From Balamuthia mandrillaris (Eukaryota): a stretch of DNA of 64,000 nucleotides. The DNA lies in contig JAVKOQ020000005.1 in NCBI GenBank assembly GCA_031835245.2, forward strand, positions 62,001 to 126,000. The letters are read 5' to 3'. The translations under genes were made by a program, and so were the position numbers. This document shows positions 41,401 to 54,806 of this stretch, piece after piece. Position 1 is the first letter of the stretch, and the number at the start of each line of letters is the position of its first letter. The notes under the pieces were generated by a model. It worked only from the letters and a program-made list of their open reading frames with translations. It did not search any database and was not told the origin of the DNA.

Positions 41401-42494
41401 GCCGCTCTCCTCATCGTTGTTGGGACCCGCACCATCCCATTCCTTTTGCCTTCGCTTCCAGCGCGCTCTGCCCACGAGCAAGGCGATGCCTACCACAAGG
41501 ATGACTAAGACTAGGGAGAAGAGCCCGAGGACAACCCCCAAGACGATTCCCATTTCGTCCCCCTGGTCATTGTCTCGCGGTTCGGCCTCGGTGGGAAAGA
41601 TAGGGCAGGGTCCCCAAACCTGGTAACGCGGCTCTATCATATTTACCACAGTACCGTCGAAGAAGACCGCATTCTCTCCGCCGACGCGGTTCCAGGTCTT
41701 CCCAGAATATCGTAATATCTATTTTGTAGTTTAATTTGTTAATGCAACCAATAATATTATTTGAGAGCGAGAGAGAGAGAGAGAGAGAGAGAGAAATGAG
41801 AGGAGAACAGCTAAGAGGACAACGAAGAAAACAATAGAAAAGCACCATACCGAAGGGTCAATTCGAAAGAACACCGCTTGAGAGATGTAAAAGTTGTTAT
41901 CGGGACCAAGCACCAGGTCGAATGGACCTTCTATTCCCTCTGCCGCCACACCTCTATATGATACTTGAGGAGTGGTTGCATTAAATTTCTGTTACAAACG
42001 AAGGGACAAGAAGAAAATGAGAATTTCGAAATGAGGTTCATGAACAGTGAGGGATGAGGAGAATACCAGAACAAAGCCTTTAGGATTGTTTGGAACAAAG
42101 TCTTGATCGGTCTCATTCATGTGAAAGGATTGAAGGGTATTATCCGTCAGAGTCATAATGACATAAAGAAGACCATCCGCGCCGTGCGCCATGCCCTCCA
42201 GAGCCACCAGCTTTTTACCATAGTCCGAGAAGTAGTAGAGAGGAAAGTTCTCTGGCCCGATGTAGGTATGGTACAGCGTTGGCGGCGGCTGGTGGAGATC
42301 ACGCGGAGTGACCAGGTAGACGAGGGACTCCTCTGCAGCGCTGGCCAGGATGGCAGAACCGCTGACGTGTGGCTCCAGATGAGTGACGCCAGAGAGTGGC
42401 AATATTCCCTCTGGTTAGTTTTTAATAAAAAGTACGAAACAGCAAGAATGTATGAAAGGAAGAAATGTTAATTTAAGCTGGGAAAGAAAGAGTA

Positions 42495-42543
<49 letters not shown>

Positions 42544-42850
42544 GAGAGTAACGAGAAGAAAGAGGGAAGAGCAGAAGAATAATAAACCAATGAATGTCCC
42601 GTTGAGGTCGTAGCGAATGAGGCCATAGGGCAAAGGGTCGGAACAGCTGACGTAAATATAACCTTGGAAGAACACAATGTCTTCTCCTTTGCAGTAAATG
42701 TTTGGCGTGGCACTAAAGGTAATGAACGGCTGATCTAGGATCGCTACTCGCTGCAATCCTGAGGTTAGGTCGTACTTTTCAACGGTTCTAGAAGTCGTTA
42801 TGTATACAAAGTTCTCTGCGAACGTCTCAAATTAGTAACTCAACAATTAT

Positions 42851-42888
<38 letters not shown>

Positions 42889-43300
42889 AATAGAGAATAG
42901 AGAGACTGAAACCAAAGATGAAAAGAATGAGCAAGTTCATGAGTGCATGTATGGTACCAAAAACTTCAATGCCTCTAGGGGAGGAACCCCTAATGGTCAC
43001 GCTGGCCATGAGGTTGCCCTCCAAGTCCAGTGCCACGAGCAGGTTGTTGAGGTTGGTGAAGTAGAGGCAGGAAGCGTCGGGAGGGCCGGAGGAGCTGTCG
43101 CTCGAGGCCAACGCAACGGGCAATGCAAAGAGGAAGAAGGAGGAAAAGAGGAGGAACGAGAAGTAGAAACAGGAGGACGAAGCTTTGTAGTCGTTCTTAA
43201 GAATCATGTGTAGAGCAGGATGACAACGAAGATTTGCAGAAGAAGAAGCGGAGGAGGAGGGAGAAGATGGAGATGGAGATGGAAAGGTTGTTTGAGGCAT
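38462..43300 (-). CDS. Receptor-type protein kinase with tyrosine-kinase-like catalytic motifs, multi-exon
   Basis: Hydrophobic leader, beta-rich ectodomain, TM (GIVLGVVLGLFSLVLVILVVGIALLV), GSGAFGKVY, VAVK, HRDIATRNVLV, DFGLAR, GPVKWMAPE, DAFSFGVLLWEM; long disordered, Lys-rich tail. Confidence 0.88.
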
Positions 43301-44066
43301 TTGGGAATTAGTTTGTTTTTTTTTTTGTTTTGGGTGGCTGATTCGATTATTTTTTTCTTTCTGAAAGCTTCAGCCACCGCTAGTTTGCCTCATGGGGCAA
43401 ACCCACACGAAAAAAATAATTATTATTGTTGATGAAAGCAAGAAAGAAAGATGTCTAATGTTGGATTGTCACAAAAGAAAAAAAAAAGGAAAGGTTCTCG
43501 AAAGAGAAAAAAAAAAGATGCAATCGCCCTTTGAAGTTCCCCTCCACAACAACACAAAAATAAAAATAAAATAAAAATCCCTTCCTTCCTTCCTTTCTTC
43601 CTTCCTTCTTGCTACCTTCCTTGACAGTGCGTGACTTCCTCACCCCTGCCCACCACTACTTTCTTTGCTTTCTTTTTTTTTCCTTCACCTCTGCTACGTT
43701 GTTTGCGCTGCTGCTTTAGGATTTTTTTCGATTTTCAGGAGATATCGATTTTCCCGCTTTCAGCGCTTTTGCAGCAAAACGGGAGCGCGATTTAAATTAA
43801 GGATATGGGAGATATCGGGTCGTTGCTTGTGGGAAGCGGTGGGGGCAGTCGCAGGCCCATGAATGTGTCCTGCGTGATCACGGGGGAAAAGGCGGGGAGC
43901 CCTGCAGGACGGGAGATGCTTCGGTGCGGGTGCCAGCGCACATTGGGGAAAGAAATAGATTGCGGAAAAATTTAAAGTGATCTTGCTACGTCGGTTCGAT
44001 TCTGGTGCGAAGCAAAAGCGTTTTTTTTGTTGTGTTTTTATTTGGAGAGAGAAAAAAAAGATGTGA

Positions 44067-45648
44067 TCAGAAGGCAGCACGCCGCTTCCGAGCAGTGTAC
44101 TTGCTCTCCGCGCGCACGTCCTTGCCTTGCTTCCTCTGTCTCTCCTTCTTTTGCAATATCCAGTCCTTGCTCTTCACTGGAGCTCTCCTGCTTTTCTTTC
44201 CTTTGCGAGCATCTCTTGCACGTTGGCTTTTGTAACAAAGTAATGCAGCATGAGAAACAGTTAACGAAAGTTTTGCGAAGAAAAGAAAAGAGGAGGAGAC
44301 GGTACCGAGCTTCGCCTCTTTCGTAAGTAACGGTGGAGGGTTCACCGCTTTCCTCTGTGCCTAAAGCCTTGGGCAATTCGTAGCCGCCGGGAGGCACTCC
44401 TGCGAACAAACACAAGAACATCCTTCACATAAAAAACAAACCGTTAACAACGCCAACAAAAACAAACATGAAAAAAGAGAAAAGACTTACTTTTTGGCTT
44501 TTGTACTGTTGGGATAGTCCACCACGAGACCGCCCATAAAGCCGCAGCGCATGGCCGCGTTGGTGATGAGTTCCATCTGAGCGGGCGTCTCTGGATAGAG
44601 CTGAAAGACCGCCCTGGCTCCACGCTTCAGGCAGTGATAGAGTGACTGGAAAAAGACCCGCATGCGCTTGCGCGGGTTGTGAGAGGTCTTGTCCTGGTTG
44701 CACAGCCATTGCAGAGCAGAGACACTGTTTATTGGTGTTTGATAAGAGGAATGGCGACAAAGAAGAAAGATGTTGTCAGTGCACAATAGCAAAGCACAAA
44801 GAGGAAGAAGAAGAAGAAGAAGAAGAAGAAGAAGAAGAAGAAGAACAAGAAGAAGAAGAAGAACAAGAAGAACAAGAAGAAGAACAAGAAGAGAAGACAG
44901 AAGAAATACCTGATAGCAGCATCAAAGGTACCTGGCCGGAAAGGAAGGCCTTGACCCATATCCGAAAGGTACATATCGCCCTCTGTCCCTCTTTCACGCG
45001 CAACCTCTAAAGAAAGAAGATAGAAAATCGTTAAAATAAGGACGATGGAGAAAGAGGAGGTAACAACAACCATGGCACAAGAGAAGCAAGAATGAAGCAT
45101 GGAGAAGAATGAAGCAGAGAAGCAAAGAAGAAAATGAAGGAGAACAAAGATACTAGAGAGACAGAAGGAAGAACAGCGAAACGGAGAGAACAAACCAATC
45201 ATTGCGGAACTGATGTCCAGCCCCACCCAAACGTGGCCTGCCTCCGACAGAACGGCTCCGCTCAGTCCAGAGCCGCAGCCCACATCGAGGATGTATTGAG
45301 ACTCTCCTGGCGGAATGGCCAGCAACTCCAACGCCCGTTCCGACATTTGGGTCTGAATCTCGATCATTCGCGAGCTATTATTATTCAAGGCGAACGGATA
45401 ACCACCATAAAGAAGCAAGAATAAGAAGGAAGAACACAAAGAAGAAGCAAGAAGAAGAAGGAGAAGAAGAAAACAAACTTGCTAGCATATTTCTTGGCCT
45501 CATCCTCGTTGTACACCTGGTAGGTTTTATTTTTTACAAAGCAAAAGGTGAGCTCACAAAACCCAAAAAAAAAAAAAAAACAAACAAACAACAAAGAAAG
45601 AGAGGGAAATACGATTTCAGGTGGCGCACGGTGTTCCGGCCTCGACAT
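44067..45648 (-). CDS. BUD23: 18S rRNA (guanine-N7) methyltransferase
   Basis: [102 protein letters not shown]. Confidence 0.96.
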
Positions 45649-45919
45649 CTTCAGTTGCCCTCTCTCTTTCTTTTTTCCTTCTTTCTTTTTTCTTTTTGGC
45701 TGCTGTAATTTCATGACGACGTGAAATATTTCAGAGGTATTTTGACATCGTGACGTCGTGAAAAATAAACAAAAGAATTCCAGGAAAACAATGTTCCACG
45801 AGGGGTCATTTCTCTCTTTTTTGTTTGTCGGAAAGAGAGAGAAAAGAAAGAAAGAAAGGCAACGCGGGGTGGTCCGGTGGAGAGGAGCACCCAACGAAGA
45901 GAGAGCAAAGAGAAAAAAA

Positions 45920-46346
45920 ATGAGTCAGGTCAATCCCAGGGTCAGAAGGTTTATGGCTCTGGCCACCAAGGAAGCCCTCCAAAGCCCCATGAAGTTCCGG
46001 CACGGCGCCGTGCTGGCCAAAGGCGGCCGCATCATCTCCAAAGGCTGCAACAACTACCGCCGCACCATCGATGGAAGCTACTACCTCTCCACCCATGCGG
46101 AGATGGAGGTGCTGCGCAAGGTCGGCCAGACGGCCCCTCCCACCAAGCTGGCAGACAGGTCCGATAACTCCTACTGCAACTTCCCCTCCAAGGGGGCCGA
46201 CCTCTTTGTGGTGAGGGTGGGGCGGGTGGGACTGTCGCTGCACCACAACTCCCGCCCTTGCCCCACCTGTGTAGGTTGGCTGCACCGGTATGGCGTCAAG
46301 CGCGTGTTTTACACCGGTTCGTATAGTCAATCTCGTGGTCTCTGTA

Positions 46347-46384
<38 letters not shown>

Positions 46385-47044
46385 CTCGTTCTCTGCCTCT
46401 CTCTCTCTCTCTCTCTCTCGCTCCTGCTCCTGCTTCTCATATTTTTTCAACCTCTTTGCAAATGAAAAGTGCGTAAACCAAGTGGCACCGCTCCCGAGTT
46501 AGCTGACCAGATGAGCAACCACGATCACAACGGACTAGAAACAGAGAGCGATGACGATGACGAAGAGGAAGAAGAAGACGAAGAAGTAGAAGAAGGAGAA
46601 AACGAACTCATCCCAACCATTCAACCACCGCCACAACAGCAACAAAACCTTCAGTATGATCAGGACAAGATATCCTTCAAGGATGTGCACTGGCGGGTGG
46701 AGAAAGTGGAGGATATGTTGAAGGAAGTGGACCGCATGCAAGGAACCGTACAAGACACCCCTGTCAACAGCACTTCTCTCGGTCGGCGCGTTTTGCTGAG
46801 GAATGTGGATGACTCGTTTTTGCACTCGATGTGGGATATGCGGTTGCGTGCTAGAGTGGGAGAGGATGACTCGGATGATGAATTCGATGAAGAGGAAGTG
46901 GACGGTGAGAGCGATGATGACAGTGATAGCGAGGATGAAACCTTGCAACGGCAAGAAGAAATGGAGGGCGTGGCGTCAAAGCATGTGAATTCTTTTGACG
47001 TTCACAATCCTCGACTTTACAAAGTCGCAAATCTGCGGATATAA
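45920..47044 (+). CDS. Zn-dependent cytidine/dCMP deaminase-fold protein with acidic C-terminal region
   Basis: HGAVLAKGGRIISKGCN, STHAEMEVL, LFVVRV, NSRPCPTC, GVKRVFYT; one (CT)n intron. Confidence 0.85.
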
Positions 47045-47090
47045 AATAAGGCGGCGCAAAGTAAGAAAAGCAACATATACTCCGTCCTAA

Positions 47091-47459
47091 CTAATCCTTT
47101 GCGTCGATGATTCCTTGATCAGAGATTTGATAGATGCACTCGGCCTCTGGCAAGCAAGGGCTGTCATAGATCTTGCAGATGCGTTGCTCGCCACGACCTT
47201 TGCGCAAGTACAAACGCGTTGTTGAGGCATGCGCTAAAACGTGTCCACCAACAGGCTTCTTTGCATCTACAATGAATAGTTGGTGATTAGCATTGAGAAA
47301 GACAAAACGGAAAAGAAGCTGTGGAGTACCAGCAACAAACATGGCACCACCGCCAGGATCGGAGACCACTTGATTGGTGATGAAGACTGCTACATTGAAT
47401 TCCTCAGCCACTTTCATGAGCTTGCTCAACATTCGACCAAGTTTTTGCTGTCTGGCGAT

Positions 47460-47494
<35 letters not shown>

Positions 47495-48667
47495 CGAAAG
47501 CGTAAGTTTTTGTTTGCTAGGGCAAGAGCGAATTGCATTAGTTACCTTTCAGCAAGTTCCCCTCGGCCGGAGAAATCCACACGGAACAGAGCCGTAATGG
47601 AGTCTATAATCTGAAGTGCAGGAAAAAACAGCATAAGCAACCCAAGAAAAGGAAAGGAGCGGAGGGAAAAAGTGCAAAAGAGAAGGCAACACACCAAAAG
47701 ACGGTATTGATCTTCAACCATTTTTGCAGCTATCTGTGTAATCAACTCGGTCTGATGTTCGTGTGTAAAAGCGCGAGCAAAGACAATGTTATCCAGAGCA
47801 GCATTTGGATCCAAGCCAAATCGCTCTGCGATAGGTCCTATCCTGTCTGGTCGGAACGTTCTACCATTAAAGTTATTAGACTTGCTTGTCGGAAATGATG
47901 AAAGGAAGTGTACGAACCCTTCGGTATCTATATAAGCAACTTTGCCGTTGCCACCGTTCATAGAGCGAGGCAATTGCGTCGTTACGCATAACGTATGACA
48001 GAGTTGAGTCTTTCCCGTTCGAAACTCGCCTTCAAAGACAGCCGCTAAGTTAAAAATAGAAATAAAACGTAGTGAAGATGGAACGCACCAAAAACCTCAG
48101 TAATGCTCATGGTCTCGATGCCGCCTTTCAACAAGGTATCCAGTTGAGCGGAACCTGTCGTAATTCTGATGACGTCCTTTCGCTTCGAGAGGTACTCCGT
48201 CCCAGTCATGAAGCTCGAGAACTGTAGCTTTGACGCCGCTTCCACTATTTTATCGCACTTGGCCTCAGATATTCCCTTGATGGAGCACAAGAACTAAAAA
48301 CAAACAAGTCAGCTGCACTGCAAACGACAAAAAAAAACGTGTAGTACCTTTTTGGTGTTCATGAGTATGCTCGCTACGGTGTACAGACCGCCAGCCTTCA
48401 ACTTGGCAATGTCCGAAGCATTGATGCCGAGATCCTGCAGCTTATCAATCTCAATGAAAGACACGGTTTCCTCTTCATCCTCCGCTTCATCTTCAACCAT
48501 CTCTTCGCCTTCCGCCTCGGCTTCTTTGCTCGCCTTCTTCGCCAGCTCTTGTCTACATGGGAACACCAGTTAACTCAGAAACCAGTAACAGAACTACGAA
48601 TAATGAAACGAGAAAAAAAAACGTAGAAATGAAGTAGTGCTCACTGTTTTCTAACAGAACGAGACAT
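47091..48667 (-). CDS. DMC1: Meiotic recombinase DMC1, multi-exon
   Basis: [49 protein letters not shown] and [13 protein letters not shown] are DMC1-type (RAD51 typically has RTDYSGRGELSARQ and GGNIIAHAS). Confidence 0.93.
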
Positions 48668-49050
48668 GATGCAACCTGTAAAATCTATGTAGCGAAGAAA
48701 ACAAAACTGTTTGAGACAACCAGCGGAGAGTAGCAGCGAAAAAATAAATGAAAAATAAAAGCGAGATGTTGCTGCGTACTGGGATAGCTATCAGGGGTGA
48801 TGTGCACTACGTAACTTTCGTGTAGCACGATGGGATGGGATGGAATGGCAAACGGTGCGTGAGTAGTGGTAGCTGCCCGTGTTGCTTTGTTCAGTGCGAA
48901 AAAGAATAAAAGAAACAAAATCCAAAAAATAGTAAACAACAAATAAAAAAAAAGATGACATGGCGGACGAAAAGCAACAGCAGAAGAAAACATTCCTCTT
49001 CTCACTCTGCTGTCTGTTGTGTGTGTCCATACATTCCTTTGGTGAGTAGT

Positions 49051-49197
49051 TTGGGCGGGGATTTATTTTTTGGCGGGAACCGTTGCTATTGGATCGGAGC
49101 AACAAATGCGCCAATCACGATGTGGCATGTTTGTTTCCTTCCTGCAATCCCATAGGTTGGGTAGAGGTAAAGTTTTGGCGGGAAAGAAAACCATTGG
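49051..49197 (-). promoter_or_regulatory. Cluster of E2F-type sites and CCAAT boxes upstream of DMC1
   Basis: TTGGCGGGAA 49070-49079, TTTTGGCGGGAAA 49173-49185, TGGGCGGGG ~49052; ATTGG/CCAAT at ~49088, ~49111, ~49193. Confidence 0.55.
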
Positions 49198-49291
49198 TTG
49201 GATGGATGCAAATTGAAAATGAAAAGAGATCAAAAAAAATGACAACAAAGAAAACAGTTTTCTCCCTTCTGAGCTGCGATACCACCACATG

Positions 49292-51327
49292 TCAAGGGCG
49301 GAGGCCGTTCAGGAACGCGTGCACTTCGAGGGCTGAAGGACGTTGCGAGGGATCCGGATGCGTGCATCGATAATAGAGATCTACCAAAGGGGCATACTCC
49401 TCTGCCGATTGGAGAGCACGAGCCTTGAGAGAGGAAGGAATGGCGGAGCGACCTGCGCTCATGATGTGCTCGCCAACGTCCAACAGCCCTATTTCGCTGT
49501 GAGGATGCTCCAAGAACAGCATCTGCAAAGCGTGTCGTAAGTGAATAAGATAAATCACAGCAAACAAAACAAAAGTACAAACCTCGAAAAGGACCATGCC
49601 CAAAGACCAAACTGTGATGAGAGAAGTGGGTTTAGAGCTTTTGGTTAAAAAAAGCAGCAGACAAAACAACAAACCATCTGCTTTCTGGTCATATGTTCCA
49701 TTCGACCCTCTTACCGCTCGTATGACTTCGGGTGCTGCCCATCTTTTATTTCATTTTTAAGGGAAAACTTGAGAACTGAACCACCGACAGAAGGAGGAGG
49801 AAGCGGCAGAAGGAGAGAAAAACAAGATGAGAGTACCTGGTGGTACCAATTCGTGGAGCGGTTAAAGCATTTGTTGTTCTTGCATTTGTCATTGCACCCT
49901 TATTGGCCACAAGCACTCTGCTTGAGCCGAAGTCACAAAGTTTTGCCGATCGAATGATATTCCTTCTTTCTTTTGGTGATGAGGATCGAGTGGTTTCTGC
50001 TTCTGTCTCACGAAGCTCAATCAGGATGTTCTTTGATTTGATGTCTCCATGAACAATGGGCTGTTCTCGTGAATGAAGGTATATTAATGCTGTTGTGAAT
50101 TATTTCAGTTAGTTTGCCTTTTCTTGGGTTAGGAAACAAACAGCAGACGAACAAACCTTGACTTATGCTCATGATACAAGTGATGATTTCTTTTAGACGA
50201 AAGAACGCCCTTTTGCCCTTCTTGATGTCTTGAATGGTTTGGAACAGGCATCGAGGGATAGCTTCCAAGAAGATCCGCAACTCGTGCCCTCTTTTCTCTT
50301 CACCAAGGTAAGTTACAATATTTGGATGATGAAGCTTCCTCAATAGCATTATCTCCTCTGTTACTCTTTGCTTAGCTGCACAACAAAAGTCAAGGATAAG
50401 AAGATGAGCAAGAAGCGGTACAGAATAACAACCAAACCTGCTTTAGTGAGCGGCCGAAGGTCGGTTACTTTAACCGCACAAATGAAACCTGCAATGTTAG
50501 CCCGCCACACAGACCCACCGCCTCCCTTTAAAATGATTGTTTGTTAAAGCAAGACGTAAAGATAAAGAGAAAACGCAAGATTGCAAAGAAAACACGAGAG
50601 AAATCGTACGCCACTTCCAAATCGTTCGCACAAAACTACTGGGCAACTAGCAAAAGGTCTGGGAAGCATCCACCGCCCATCGTCGGCTCCCTCTCCAGAA
50701 AAGGAAGGAGAAACCAGCGACAATGGCACCTTCTCTGAACTGATTGACGTTGCTCCTTCCTGCAATGCTGGCGAAGGAGATGAAGAAGACGGAGGAGAGT
50801 AGCTTTGTTGAGAATCTGACTTGCAGCCCATGAAAATGTAGCGTCGAGCTTCGTCTGTGTCAATTGGATAAAACTTTGATGGAGCGTGCATCAAGTCCAC
50901 CACCATTTTCTCTCCCTCTCCCTCGCCACTTCCTTCATCGCCCATTTGAACCACATTCCAAAGATACTCTTCTTCCTGTTTTTCTTCTTCCTCCTTCTCT
51001 ATATCATCATTTACTGCTTCCAGAAATTGTTCTTGTTTGGAACGACAATAATGCAGCTCGGAGGGCAGTTGACAACGATCCGCCAAGAACTTGAATAGAA
51101 GAGCACGAGGAACGGCCATCCCGTGAGAAAGTCTACCTATGTGAATCATCCCCGCCTTCCGCTCATCATTATGGCTTTTGTCGTTCAAAAGCTGAAAGTT
51201 TGAAAGAGAGGTTTGTTCTTGTTTTGATAGAGAGGATAGGCGAAGAGATGGAGGAAGAAAGTCGTCAGAAGAAGGAGTAGAGGCAGCACATCGCGAACCG
51301 CCCTACAAAGCAAAACATTAAGCAATC

Positions 51328-51362
<35 letters not shown>

Positions 51363-52113
51363 AAACATGGTGAGGGAAGCAAAGGAGAGAGAGGGGGGAG
51401 GCTAACCATGGCGTTGGCAACATAGAGAGCAAGAATGGTTGTTTTCACGCGAACATCCAAGATTGCCGCACAGCACGCCCGCGCTTGCGAGGTCTGACGA
51501 AGCATTTAGAACGACCAAGAAGAAGAAGAAGGACAAGAGGAGAAACAAGGTGACTGACCAAAAGGGCTAATGCAGCGTCATGCCTTTGATCGAGCAAAAA
51601 AGTAGCGGCCTCTCTGGCAGAGGCAAAGGCAAAACCGTCCCTCATGAACTGGTCGGCGTCCAACACCCCGCTTTGCGAAAACTGTAGGGCGAGCGTCTCT
51701 GCTGCGGCTTCCTCCGAAAGTGCCGCTTTGCTTTGAGCAGCGGACGGTGAAGAGCGAGCAAACAAAGCGGCGCGGCCTTCGTCTAAGGCTTCTAATTCCA
51801 TGGCCCCGATGCTCTGTCGTTTCTTCTTCGTTATGGCGCTGTTGCTCTTGGGTGCATTTCTTCCCGCAGAGGCATGCGATGAGGCGGACAGCATCAGCTG
51901 CTCAAAGCGAGCCAAGTTCTGCGCAAGCTTTTCATCTTCGTCCCCTCCTCTTTCTTTGGCTCTGTTGTCCATTTTTTGTTTTGCGTTACTTTCATTCTTG
52001 CCATTCCAATGCTTTTTTACATTCTGAGCATTCCCGTTTCGGGTAAAACCATGGCAACCTGTCGGGTTGCTCCGGATCTGAGACAAAAGTTGATTAGCAA
52101 AGGAAAATCTCAT
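49292..52113 (-). CDS. Ser/Thr kinase with an N-terminal EDR1/CTR1-like domain, multi-exon
   Basis: IGRLSHGMAVPRALLFKFLAD..WNVV..VVDLMHAP; kinase CAVKV, LHHPNIVTYLG, IVHGDIKSKNILI, KLCDFG, GTTRWAAPE, VWSLGMVLFE. Confidence 0.82.
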
Positions 52114-52830
52114 CGTAATCTTCCCATTTTTACTTTTTTAGGTTAAATTCAGCCCGGAAACTCGTCAGAAATTTTCCCTATTCGTTGGGGTCAAAGGAGT
52201 CCACCCAAGTCATCAGCCGTACAGTCAAACGTTCGTTTTTTTTTTTGACTGGTTGTCATGATAACCGAGAGGGTCTCTCACGTTTTTCCTTCTTTTCTCG
52301 TCTTCCTGGCAAAAACGCAACCAAAGTTGCTTCTTTTTCAAAACGGAAACGGAAAGGAACGGACCGCGCACACTTTTGCAAAAAGCACGCGGACTTGTGC
52401 TTTACTTTTGTTTTGTTTTGTTGAGCGCACACAAAAGTAAAGCACAAGCCAAAGACCTCCCTTGAAAACGAGCCCCACTCTTCTCTTTCACTGTTCTCTA
52501 CTTTATACCGCTATTTGCCCGAACCTTCTCCCCCCAAAGCAAGCAAGTCCAAAATCCTTCATCGCATCGGGGTGCGTGTCTCTTTCATCCACACGCCCCA
52601 TAGAAAAAACAAAACAGATTCAGGGTGTTGGTTTGTCGCAAGTTTTTTTCTTTCAACAACGCAAACGGCCACAGAAGGTTCGTGAAGGTTGAAAAACCCT
52701 TTTTTTCTCTCTCTCTTTTCTCCTTCTTCTTCATCTCGGAACTTTTTTCGTTGTTATTAAACTTAATAAGCGGTTCTTTTTATTTTGTTTTTTTTTCTTC
52801 CTCTTTCAAACGAAAACAAAAAGGACCTTG

Positions 52831-53521
52831 ATGCACTACCCTACTTCTGCTGCTTCCTCCTCCTCCTCCTCCTCTTCTTCTGCTTGCTCCGCGTTTCCGC
52901 TGGCTGAGTTGAGGGCCATGCTGTTGGGGGACGATGCTCCTCTGGCTCCCAAGCCTTCCTCCCCTCTGGGCCCACCACCACCACCGCAAGCAGCCTCAGG
53001 TGCCTACTCCCCTGGCTCGTCATCTCCCTCCTCCTCCCCCTCCTGCCCCTCCCCGCAAGCCTGTCTGTCCTCTCCTACCTTCTCTCCCACATCTTCTCCC
53101 GCTGCGACGCCGGTCACCACCCCAACATCGACCACCTCAGCAACGACATCCTCCCCAACCCCCTCCCTGTCCGATGCGCAAAGACGGGAGCTGGCCAACC
53201 TGCGCTCCGCCTACCAGGTGGGCGCCGGGCTGAAATACCTCCGCCCGCACTGGAAGCACCTCACCCCCCAGGAACAGCGCAAGCTTTTCGGCAGCAACGG
53301 CGGGGGTGGGGAAGGAGGAGGAGGGCCAAAGAGTCCGCCGGACCCGCCTGATCCACCCGGCTGCCCGGCTAATAATGATCAAAGTAACCCCAACCACCAA
53401 CAGGCACAGCGGCGGTCAGCTTCATATGCTTCTTCTTTTACATCAGGTATGGAGATCCTGGTTGCAAGCCTCTTTTTGTGAAGATCTTACCATTAAGATC
53501 GAAGATGTTTTTGCTCCGTCT

Positions 53522-53560
<39 letters not shown>

Positions 53561-54768
53561 AGAGCAACAAAACAACCTCATCCCGTGGTTCCTCCAAGAC
53601 CTAGAGCCCTATCCTCAACAACAACAACAACCACAAACATCACAACAACAAACCCGCACACAGATCCCTTTCTCTCCTGAACAATCACAACCACAACCAC
53701 GAACACGGCAACAATCATCTTGGCGCTCACCAACGCAACACTCCGCTGACACTTCCTCCTCCTTTGGCAGCTGGCCCGCTTGCAGCAAGCTTCCCTCCTC
53801 TCATGCCCACGACCTTCTAAACCTCAATCATAGCCCGTCTTCCTCAACTTCCAGCCTGTTTTCTTCACGGCCAACCCTACCAACACAGCAAGAGCATCGT
53901 CGTCACTCTCCACAACAATATAATGCGGAAGAACAACAACAAGCAGTGGTAGAAAGAGAAGAGGAAGTTTCAAGTGAAAGGGAAGACGATTGCCTCGACT
54001 CAAGCTTTTCATTCGCCGCTGATGCCACCTCCGCCGCCACCACGCCGCCTTCACTCGTTCCTCAAAATTTCTCTCCGTTTCCTCTCTCGCCTTCTTCATT
54101 GGCTTTTCTGTCACACGAACACGAAGCGGACGAGGAGAAGGAGGAGAAAGAGACGGAAGAAAAGAAAAGAGAGCACTCTTTCGAGATGATAACTCCTTAT
54201 GTTGCACCGTCACCAAAAACGACACATCGAAAACGCTCCAGAGATGTTCAGCGCTCTCCTTTCCCTCTTCCACCTAATGAAAACAAACAAAACAATGACA
54301 ACCACAACAACAACAACGTAACACACAGGCGGCTGCGTATATGGAACGACAACGCCCATCTTCAACTGCTCACCACGAATCTGGCCCAAGCAGAGACCTA
54401 CCGATCCACCAATTGGCTGTTAAACCCAACGCACCCTGCCAGCGTGTCAGCTGCTGCCATACAGTATGTGCTTGCTGATCGGTCTGGCCTTGAGGAAGTC
54501 AGCTCGCTCTCTCTCAATGTCCATCTTACGCTCTGTTTGGGTTAGTCTTTCTTTTCTTTGCATCGACACTAACGCTGAAAGTGCTACTTTCTTTGCATCG
54601 ATACTAATGCTGCACTTTAACAGGAGCATTGACACTAGGCAACACGAAGCGATCACTTGAACATTTTGAACAAACGAGATTACAAGCTGGTTATCTCTTT
54701 GATGAGTCTGATATAGGAGTAGCGTACTCCTTAGGCACTATGGCTTTTTTATTCCTCTGGCTGTAAGT

Positions 54769-54806
<38 letters not shown>

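Noticed and set aside
43870..43955. U1 snRNA-like words (GTGATCACG, TTTCCCCAATGTG on minus strand)
   Set aside because: Wrong order, no 5' ATACTTACCTG and no Sm site.
43917..44014. tRNA-like element (GGTTCGATTC B-box; TGCTTCG/CGAAGCA ends; GTGCG/CGCAC hairpin)
   Set aside because: T-stem is mostly G-U and there is no credible anticodon arm or A-box; a tRNAscan-SE/Infernal hit would be needed to revive it.
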